From assembly GCA_965644295.1 (NCBI GenBank), contig CBFFRP010000406.1, positions 310,001 through 374,000 on the forward strand: DNA of 64,000 bases, in the 5' to 3' direction. The notes beneath the pieces are model-generated. The model did not search any database. It was not told the origin of the DNA and worked only from the letters and a program-made list of their open reading frames with translations. Origin of the DNA: Paraphysomonas bandaiensis. Its lineage: Eukaryota > Protista > Chrysophyceae. The translations under genes and the position numbers were made by a program. Shown in pieces: positions 52,789 to 63,100 of this stretch. The stretch's first letter is position 1. Each line of letters starts with the position of its first letter.

Positions 52789-53279
52789 TATGTATGTATG
52801 TATGTATGTATGTATGTATGTATGTATGTATGTATGTATGTATGTATGTATGTATGTATGTATGTATGTATGTATGTATGTATGTATGTATGTATGTATG
52901 TATGTATGTATGTATGTATGTATGTATGTATGTATGTATGTATGTATGTATGTATGTATGTATGTATGTATGTATGTATGTATGTATGTATGTATGTATG
53001 TATGTATGTATGTATGTATGTATGTATGTATGTATGTATGTATGTATGTATGTATGTATGTATGTATGTATGTATGTATGTATGTATGTATGTATGTATG
53101 TATGTATGTATGTATGTATGTATGTATGTATGTATGTATGTATGTATGTATGTATGTATGTATGTATGTATGTATGTATGTATGTATGTATGTATGTATG
53201 TATGTATGTATGTATGTATGTATGTATGTATGTATGTATGTATGTATGTATGTATGTATGTATGTATGTATGTATGTAT
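52787..53279. repeat. (TATG)n microsatellite, about 123 perfect units
   Basis: Uninterrupted tetranucleotide tract read directly from the sequence. Confidence 0.98.
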
Positions 53280-53364
53280 AGAAAACTATGCAGAGAAGTC
53301 CTTAAAGTACCACTACATTACCAGCCGGTTGTCGATTATTGTAAATACCAAACCTCTTGCTACA

Positions 53365-54763
53365 ATGTCTGCTGAGGGTGTTCAGTTTTGGGAGAGTCTA
53401 CTACAAGACAGTTCAAAGCGACTGAAGCAAATAGAGGGCACACTGCTGCTGGTGGGTGACAGTGAGGTGGGGAAATCAGCTCTATTGAAAACATTTTGCG
53501 AGAAAACAGGGTCCCGTCCTGAGAAAGAAATAGTGTCGTATGATTACTTCAATGTATATGATGAGGACCTTGAGTCTTCGTCGAGTGTTAATGTCTGGAC
53601 TCTCGATAGTAATACTTTCAGTTTTTTCGCTGACTATGTGTTGGATCATTGCAGCTTGAATAAGGTCATGTTATTATCTTTGTATGCGTGTATTGTTTGA
53701 TTTATATTTCAGTTGGTTATAGTGATAGCTCTGGACTTATCGAAAGACAATTGTAAGGCGTCGTTATGCAACTGGTTAGAAAGAACACAGGAGAAATTAA
53801 AAGAATTTATATTGAATAACGACAAGAAGTGTGTCACTGCAGAAAGTATTCCAATTCTTGTTGTGGGATGTAAGTCAGACTTACTTCAAGTAGACGAGGT
53901 TGATGGCCTGAAACGTGCAAAGCTGCTTCAGGGAGAACTTCGATCTATTTGCCTTTCAGGTTAATTCGTGTCTTGATGTATGTACCAACTAGCTAAAAGT
54001 GTTGTACAGTTCGAGCGGGACTAGTCTTTACCTCTACAATTCATGATGACGCGCATGTAAACATTGAAGCGTTACGCAGTCACTGTTCTTGTTTACTGGC
54101 ATCTGACTTCGATGGTGCGGTCGCGCGAAGTGGAAATGAAATACAGGTACTAGAAGGCAGCATGAGGTCGACTTATGTAATGTCTCGTGTAGGAAGGAAC
54201 CACAGATGTGTTCATTCCAGTAGGTTCCGAGGATACTCCTGAATTAATATATGCTGCAACTGGTGTGAATGTCACAACTGTGTCGTCTGCATCCATGAAG
54301 TCGAGCGCATCTCATCAATCAAAAAACGAAAAGGCTGCTCAAAATACTCAGAACTCTGTGGAGAACTCTTTGAGTGGCGCTGCTCTTGAGCAGCAGGAGG
54401 AAGAGTGGTTGCAGCAACTAATGGACAGTCTTGGTTCGCCTCCACAGCTGCCCGCATCTGCTGACTCTGAAAGTCTTTCTGCACTTTCAACCCCGTCACT
54501 TAGTGATGTAAGTACACGTCGCCCTGTAATCTGGCTTGAATGAACTGTAATATATTTAGTCTAAAAGTCGAGGCCCGCGACGATCAAGCGTTGCTGCTCC
54601 AACGTCCGCTGGCGAAAATGCTACAAAAAAAAGTAGGAAAGTTAGCGTCTCGAATAGTACAGGTGGCAGCAATACTGATACGATGCAAACTGGTGACGGC
54701 AATAAAGCAGTGCGTGGGTTCTTTGAAAATCTCCTCACTACGAACGCCTCAAAAAAGTCTTAA
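53365..54763 (+). CDS. DYNC1LI: Cytoplasmic dynein 1 light intermediate chain, ~5 exons
   Basis: P-loop LLVGDSEVGKSALL, YDYFNV..VNVWTLD, VIALDLSK, IPILVVGCKSD, LRSICL..AGLVFTS, VFIPVGS.D, and C-terminal amphipathic helices EEEWLQQL and VRGFFENLL. Confidence 0.87.
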
Positions 54764-54876
54764 TTCTCACGTGTAGTTAATGCCATATGTAAAGCACACA
54801 TTTTCTACATTAGTACGAGCTTCGATACTGTTACTCTGCAATTGTAAAAATTGTGTTATGCGTTCTATATGTTAAG

Positions 54877-55112
54877 GTCTTTTTATTTAGCAATAGGCGT
54901 TAAAAACTCGTTCCGATATAGTGGCTAGTTGAATGCTAGATCTACTAGTTAGACCTCTACCCATAACTAATCAGCACAAATTCTATTGTCCTACTATTTA
55001 GCGCTACAGAAGCTGCTTGTGCGTCGCCGCAAGCACCAAGGTGCAACCACTTCCGTTCTTAATGTTGTTTGTGAGTTTCGCCCTGCTCGTGTGTCTGAGG
55101 ACTCACTGGCGC
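54877..55112 (+). repeat. Dispersed repeat subfamily copy, paired with 2523-2758
   Basis: Collinear and highly similar to 2523-2758. Confidence 0.9.
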
Positions 55113-55325
55113 GTGTTGTCCGGGGGTCTCCCCTTGGGATAAGGTTCCGCCTGGCTCTGAGGTACAGGGTTCTGTATTAAGGTCCTGAGTGTACCGAGTA
55201 CTACTGTGCGCTGTACACGTACACCTTAACCTTGCATTGTTGCAACTCTACAGCTACTATGCCGCAACTTTGTTCATTACCAGCAGCAAACTTAATGCTA
55301 TAAGAGTTAGAATATAGTTTCCTGC

Positions 55326-55429
55326 CCTCAACAAAGTCGGGCTCGCACCTTTTTACTTTTTTTTTCGTGGCGTTTCGGGGGTTCGGGGATAGGGTTAGGA
55401 TATACTTCTCCGGAAAACTAACTTGAGCC
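55326..55429 (-). mobile_element. Terminal fragment of the unclassified dispersed element
   Basis: CCTCAACAAAGTCGGGCTCGCACC...TTCGTGGCGTTTCGGGG...TTCTCCGGAAAACTAAC. Confidence 0.7.
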
Positions 55430-57191
55430 TAATAGAAAATGACATAACTGAACAACACTTTCACTCTATGCTTAGATTATAAGTAAGAAACATATAATAA
55501 ACTTATGATCAATGATCAATAACACTTGTCAACATCTATCATTTCCATACAATCTTAAATATCACAATATTATACGGTCAATATATTTCAGTTTCACTAC
55601 TACGATTTGTTCTCATAATACAGTTACCACTTCTGTGTTTTCTATTAACAATCACAACTCAAATAATACTACCATACGTTGCATTGGTACTAATTTCTTC
55701 TCTAGCTGCTGATAGGAAAAGTTAGACGTCAATATAGTAAGTACATGTACATCACACCTTCTATTCTCTCTTCATGTCTGCATAACACATGTGACGGTAT
55801 TCGATCAATGTCTTGACACACGCATGTCATGCATGTATAAGTACCATGAAAATGATGAATGTATAGTATATTTATACAATGTATATAGGTTTCCTTTGTG
55901 CAACTTGCATGGTCGACGTACTAATGTGGCACGATTGAACCATAATGGCTGGGATCAGAGGCATCAAAAGGAATAATACTGGCTGGACCTGTGTTCATGA
56001 GTGTATATCATAAGTATCAGGTTGGACCTCTTACCAGCAGTATTATTAGAGAGCAGACACGTGTTATGGTAAGCATTCAAAGCAGTCATCTATCTTTTAG
56101 TCACTTCTCAACGGTTAGTTTTTTGTACATTTCTGACGGAATACAGCCCAAATGGACAGTACTTCTGTATAAGACGGTTGTATAATGGGGTATGAAGTAC
56201 AGGAACAGTAGTATGATGGCAAGTACGCCCAGATGATTGGTCATTGTTGTATGCTGGAGACTCATTCGGTTTGCTTGTCTTCACAGGGTTCTGCGTGAGT
56301 GTTCAGAAAACCGATATATCCGCATAAATGATCAAATCTGTGGAATCTTTTGCAGAATATTGTACTAGATAGCTTCTTGTAGAACATGAATGATTCTTTA
56401 TGATTGCTGTCACTTCTCTGTTATGACGGGGTGTAAGGGTGTCCGCGAATGCTTGGGAAAAATTAGATTTTATATTGATTTTCTATCTAATGCAGCACCG
56501 GATATTCAAACCCCTGGCCTGGTTAAAAATTATGATCTCCACACGACTATTATTACCTTATCACAGCAAGATTGATTTTAGGGGTAACAGATTCCAAAGT
56601 TGTAGCGGATTCTTTCCTTTTACCCCCATTTTCAAACGGCTCAGATTGGAAAAGATCTAATAAATTTTCAGCTTTTGGTTTAAAGTGACGACGGGACACT
56701 GGCATTAGGGCTGACCGTAGGACGGAAGTGCTTTTACCACAGTAAGAGAAAAACAGGGCGTGTTGATAGTGAACTGCACAAAATGCCATGTCAAGGTGTT
56801 ACAGCATTGCTCTTAGAGGGAGCATTAAGTTTTGCCTGAAGTTTCAGTTTAAGGTTTCTGGATAATTACTGTTTATGAGATTAATAGAGCATTATGAATT
56901 AGATTATCTCAACTGAAAAAACAGTGATATACGAGGAATGAATATCACAATTTAATCGTGTAATTTGCGAATATATTGTAAGAAGCATCTGTATAGTATT
57001 AGTACATAAGAGTAGGGTATCGTACGTAAACATGCTAAGTATTAGAATTAATGAAAATATAACGTTTCTTTAATTGTCAACGTGGAGTTCTATCCGTAGC
57101 GCCCAATATTCTGTTGGAAAAAGTTCTGCGAGAAGCATAAACATTAAATACATGAATCACAGATACAAAGAACATATCATGTTCACTGTAG

Positions 57192-60100
57192 CTAAAATGT
57201 TCTTACCGCTTTAGATGCTGTCTTGCCTAATTTGAAGCGTTCTTCACCACCAAACTTCACTCCTTTATTCAATTCAGTTGGCGGGGCCGCCCATTGTTCT
57301 CCAAGCACATCATTATCTCCTTTTTTCGATGATGTAAGCGACTGTCGATTTCTCCAAGTGGAACCTTTGCTGCCAGCTGTTGTAGGTCTACTACTCGACT
57401 TAGGACGAGAATTCAAGTGGTCATCGTGCTGGGCACTGTGTGGACGTGTTTTTCTGTGAGATGCGTCTTCTTCCGACTCCTTTTCTTCATCGATAATTCG
57501 TTTATCACTCGACTTACGACGACGAGGAGGTCTGTCTTCTTTCGTCGCCTTGACTTCATTATCCTTTATTCGACATCTGTTTTCTTTCGCCAAACGTTTA
57601 ATTTCATCAAGAGTAATGTTAATCGTTTGCATCTCTTTCATTACATCATCGCTTCCAGACTCTGATCTCCTAAGGAGAACGTTAATTCGGCTCAATATAT
57701 CTCGCAGAACGGTCACATGATCACCACTACCAGTGGGTTCGTCGTCCGGTATGACTATAGGCGGAATCACAATGGACTCGATTTTCTTGATAATTTCTTT
57801 AGATAGCTGTTGGATTTCAGGGCGCAAGGTCCCTACAAATTCCTCTTTCATTGTCTTGATATTTAGTGTCAGTTCTTCCGTAATATTTCGAATTTCAGAA
57901 GCCACATCGGGCGCGGTTGTCTTCGTCCTTTCAATATACTCTTTTAACTGTACCGTTTGTTTGTCAACAACGGGAATGAAAGCACCTACCACACTGGAAG
58001 AAACAGTATCAATGGAGCCCTTCAATTCCCTTGTTTGCATTTCCATCTCAGGTTTTAGCTCTCCCATGGTATCGTACATGCTATGAATTGAAACTTTAAT
58101 GTCACTCATATCACTGGTGATGTCCTCAATGTCACTTCTGATAACAACTTTGTTCAACATATTTTCCAATATAGACAGTCGTTCGTGAAGAAATTCAAGG
58201 GCTGTGGGGTCCATTCCACCACCACCACTACCTGGACCGTCACCACCTCCAGAATCCTTCTTGCCAAGTTCCCCAGAATCTCCTTTTGGGCCTTGAGTAC
58301 CATTGCTGCCTTTACCCCCATCTGGTTCAGCTGCTGGCTGCTTCGAGAACAGCTTCATCATATGCAGCAAAGTTTTAATCTTAGTCAACTCCGATGTTAT
58401 CGGTGTCCAGTCAATCTCTGGGGCTTTCTTGTTCTTCAATACCTCCAAAAGCTTAGTGACTTCTTTAAAACGCTCCACGTAATCTGTCCTGGGGATCGCC
58501 TCGACTGAGCCCTGCAAAACATTCAGTCTTTGGGTAAAGTCTAACATAGAAGGAGGAATACGCTCCAACATGTCTCTGATTTCTCCTAGCCCAGAAGTCG
58601 AAAGGATAACTTGGGGAATATTGTCTACTGAGATTCGAAGGAGAGACAGCTGCTCTAACGACTGCTGCAACATCGTATTAGTGCTCGATAAATTCAAGTC
58701 ATGATGGGGCAACTCCAATGGTGCTGTACCTCCTTGCATCGCCGCTAGATATTTCAATATATCAGCTTGCGACTCTCTCACATCTATTACAACGTGAGAT
58801 AAATCCCTCATCGCAGAAGCAAGAGACCCATCTGACTCATCACTTCCAATACCATCTATCTTCTCGAGAATGGAAGAGGTCAATTCACCGATTGAATTGA
58901 GGTCTGATTTCATTTCACTTTGACCCTTGGCCAGCTTTTCAAAATGAGGGTCTAGATTAACAGAACTTGGAGGAGAGGGTGTGCCGGGAGAAATCTGGGG
59001 TTCTCGCTTGAAGATGTTCCAAATGTAATTTTTTTTCTGTGATTGCAACAACCCCTCGATATTTTGGTAAAATTTTTTCAAATCTTCTTGAGTCGAACCT
59101 TTCATTCCTTGAAGAGCCACTAGTATGTTTTTAAGGCTATCGCGAATGTCATCAATGTGTGGTATATGTCCGTTTGGATTCACACTGTGGTTCATTCCAG
59201 AAATAGCAATCTTGATAGCATCAAAGTTACTCTGCATATCTACGGCCAATTGGGCTATCAACTCTCTACTTGCCGTCGTTACATCCACTATAGATTGCAT
59301 GCTTTCTCCCACTGATTGCACTTTATCTCCAATTGATTGCATGTCATCACCTATTGTTTGCACTTTTTCTCCAACTGATTGCACCCTATCCCCCATTAAT
59401 TGCATGCTTTCTCCAACGGATTGCACATTATCTCCCACTGATTGCACTTTATCTCCCATTGACTGCATGCCATCACCTATTGTTTGCACTTTTTCTCCAA
59501 CTGATTGCACTCTATCTCCCATTGACTGCATGCCATCACCTATTGTTTGCACTTTTTCTCCAACTGATTGCACTCTATCTCCCACCGCATCAATGCGTTC
59601 AGCTAACCGACCACTGTCCTTATCACATGTGCTAATAATAGTTTCCATCAAATCCTTGTGCTGTGTCTCAACTAAAGAATGCAGACCATTTAAGTACTGA
59701 TTTCCGGTCGTAGTGGCAGTGTGGACAGTCTGTACTTGATTAAGTAGCTGTGACGTCGAAGACTCATGGAGCTTCTGTACTTCGGTGACAGTCTCAGTGG
59801 CCTTGGACTCTATGAGACTTGCTAAATCATTTTGACCGGGCAAGAAACTGTCAATTCGAGAACTTACAACTGCGAATCCACGATCAACTGCGTCAACTAT
59901 CTTTACACCTTCTTCAGTTGTATGCACAATACTACCCTCAATATCTGTACGTAGTACAGAATGCTGCTCCTTCAATGTGGAATGTACGTCTTCCAGTTGA
60001 CTATTGACGCCATCTTTGATTGTGCTAATAGCAGTCATCTCAGCAGAGTGACAATTATTCACAGCTGAATTTATCTGAGAACTTACTTCACGAAGGAAAT

Positions 60101-63100
60101 CTTCTCCAGCAACTACCACACGGTGGGTATCAGCAACAGAGGCAATTATAGCTTCTCGAGACTCTGTAATAATATCACGAGTAGATTGATCAGATGCAGC
60201 AACGACACCACAGTTTTCTTCAAATTCCTTTCGAAAACATTGAACTTCCTTTCTTGCATCTTCTATACCCTCATGAATAGTACTTGTACTATCCGTTGTA
60301 ATATTATTCAACTCTTGCAGTTGCATTTTCATTCCTTTAAATCCCTGAGCCATTTTATCCAAAATTTCTTCAGTGAAGTCATCTCCCATACGCTCTTCAA
60401 TCATTCGTCGAATAATATCAACAGTGTGCGCTAGTTTATTGATTACTTTCGTGTTATTGTCTCTGACGGAGACAATATTCAATATATCTGTCAGTTGGGA
60501 CATCACAACGTCTATCACTTGCTTTCCAGACAACTTGTGCTCTAAGCTATTCAGTTTGTGGTTTATTTTTTCCAGTGCCTCTTCGTGGTCACTGCTGGAA
60601 GTATCATATTGATGAACGGTGTTATCTCCCTTCCGCATGTTAAGCCTTTTCAAGGCGCGTTCTATTTCTACCAGTCTACCAAACAGAATATTTCCCATAC
60701 TTTGCCAGTTGTGACAATACGGCAGGCCTGATACCCAATTGTCATTTCTTCCTTTGGCCCCTTCTATTTTGTACTTCGCAAAATATTCGGTAGGATAATC
60801 GAATCCACGAGGGTCGAGAAGCCACTCACCTTCAGGCTTGTAGAACACTTGCCGCAGGATATAACTTCCCTCGGAATCAATCTTTCGGGGGTCCATCTTT
60901 TCAACTATGATTTGAGACATTCCTTTGCTTACTTCGACATCTTTTCGAATACGTCGTAACTTGGAAAGGATAGACGGCATTCTGCCAGCAACACCGCAGT
61001 TTTTGCCCGTCAAAGTATCGCACAAGTCAACGGTAGAAGCAATGCAATTTTCAATAATAGTGGAATCTAGCACTGTGGGCAACGCATCGAGAAATGCGTT
61101 AAAAGCACTATTACCATTTTTACCTTCCTCGAAGACAGCATCTTGACGTGATTGGTTCACCTCTTGCAAAGACACGCGGACATTTTCATATTCTAAAAGG
61201 TCGTTGTGGTATCCATTCATCACTGTCTCTTCCACGTGACTCCAGTTCTCCGCCGCTGAATACTCTACTAGTGCTGCACAATTGTCCTGCGCGAGCAGTC
61301 GTTGCACACGAGCGTTCCCACTGCTGGCTCTAGCCATGGTAGTCTGTAATGACATTCGCCGCAACATATCCTCAATTTTAAGCATCAGGCTTGAATCCAT
61401 CGATGTATCGACCCTAAGCATGGAACGGAGGTATACTTCAATTTCAACTGAGGCAGAGATACCTGCCTCTTCGACACGCTCCGGTTTCGAACCTGGCCCG
61501 AATAACAATTTCATACCCTGTCTCACCAAACTCATTGCTCTGTCAGCACCACTAAAATTAATAATCAAACCAGAGAGAGCTTGCGCCCATTCCAAAGACG
61601 CCACGTCACTGAGAGCTTGGGCTGTGGATCGATTAGCACCTTCCACTTCAGTTATAGAATCTGGCTTACAAAATTCCAGAGAACCGTTGCGGATATCTCC
61701 ACAATTGGATTCGTCCACAATGCGACTTGTCACGCCTTCCATATATCCGAGTGCATAAGACGCAAAGTGAAGACTTGTTACCATACGTCCAACATGATCA
61801 GACTCATTACGCAGCGACTCGCACGCAGCAACTTTGCGTCTTTCGTTCATCCGCAAGACACGCAACGACTTCTCATTCTTTATATCTCTATGGTAATCGA
61901 GCATAACTGTCTCTAAAGTGCTAATCAAGTTTTGCACGCAGAAAAAATCTTCTGACAAAGATAGGTCCGCAAACTGCCGGGCAACATATAAACATAGCAT
62001 AGCGGTGCTGAGAATACGTGGAATCTCTTTCATCTGTACACTCTCTAAGTGCTGATTAGGATTACAATCAGTCTCTTCAATTGGCAGCGGATCGACTGCA
62101 TTATCACGTAAAACTTTTACAAGGCCGCTGTCTTCGACGTTTTTCGCCAAGCACTTTCCTAGCATATTCATCGTTTTTGCCAAACCTTCAAGAACGCTTC
62201 CAATTAATGGTAAACACTTATGTACAAAGCATTTGTCGCTCATACATCCATTACCCACTTCGCGACCATATTCACAATTGCAGTGTGAACTGTAAGCGGT
62301 ATCTTGAAGTTTGAGATGATGAGAGAAATGAAGCAAGTTTTCTTGATCCAAATCGTCAGCGAACTCCTTATCGTTGTCAGTATCAATATGTTTATCAGCA
62401 GCGTTGAATTCGTCCGGTGTGCCGTCGGCACATTTAACTGTCGTATGCTTTACATTACTCGTATCTGGGACATCTATTTCCGTACCGAACACCTGCTTCG
62501 TGGCCTCTATACGTAATATAATACCATTGACCACAGTAGGCAGAGAAAATTCCGGTTGAAATCGGGTCGATACGACTTTAGCTGTAACAGCACCGCCATT
62601 ACGTTCCAATCCATTTTCAATTGAGCGTGTAGTATCAGTATCGATATGCCCCGGTTGAGAAGTAGCCCAGTCTTCGACAGCATCCAGAGTCTGCTTACTT
62701 CCACAACTGAACACACTCTTCAGAACCTGCGACACACTTATCGAATTCTTCCCTATCTTTTTGGGGGGGTTAGTTGCCTTAGATTTTTGGGGTCGCTCTT
62801 TACTACTTTTGAATTTCTTAGATTTCTTTTCTCCACAGCAAGACACATGCGACAGCAATACCTTAAAAATATGTAGGTGGCAAGAAAGTTCATCGATGGC
62901 GGCAGTGCTATTAACACGAAGAAAATGTACAGGATCAGTTCCTCTGCTAGAAAGCCTCTTCAGATCCGCAAAGGAATCAGAATCACGCTCCACGATCTTA
63001 TATAAAGCAGTCACCTTTCGCAAATACTCGTTCACGGCACCGCAGTGGTCAATATATTTTGCCACTAGCATCTCATAACGGCAGCACAGACACTCTGGTG

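Noticed and set aside
52790-53375. ORFs encoding (MYVC)n
   Set aside because: Translation artefacts of the (TATG)n microsatellite. The real DLIC start is the ATG at 53365.
386-54560. Introner-like repeated introns
   Set aside because: The introns inspected are short canonical GT-AG and share no evident sequence or TIRs.
55388-55400. Telomere-like TAGGGTTAGG
   Set aside because: Fewer than two units, inside a degenerate repeat copy.
59290-59590. CRISPR-like array
   Set aside because: Contiguous in-frame coding tandem repeat with no unique spacers, in a eukaryotic context with no cas genes.
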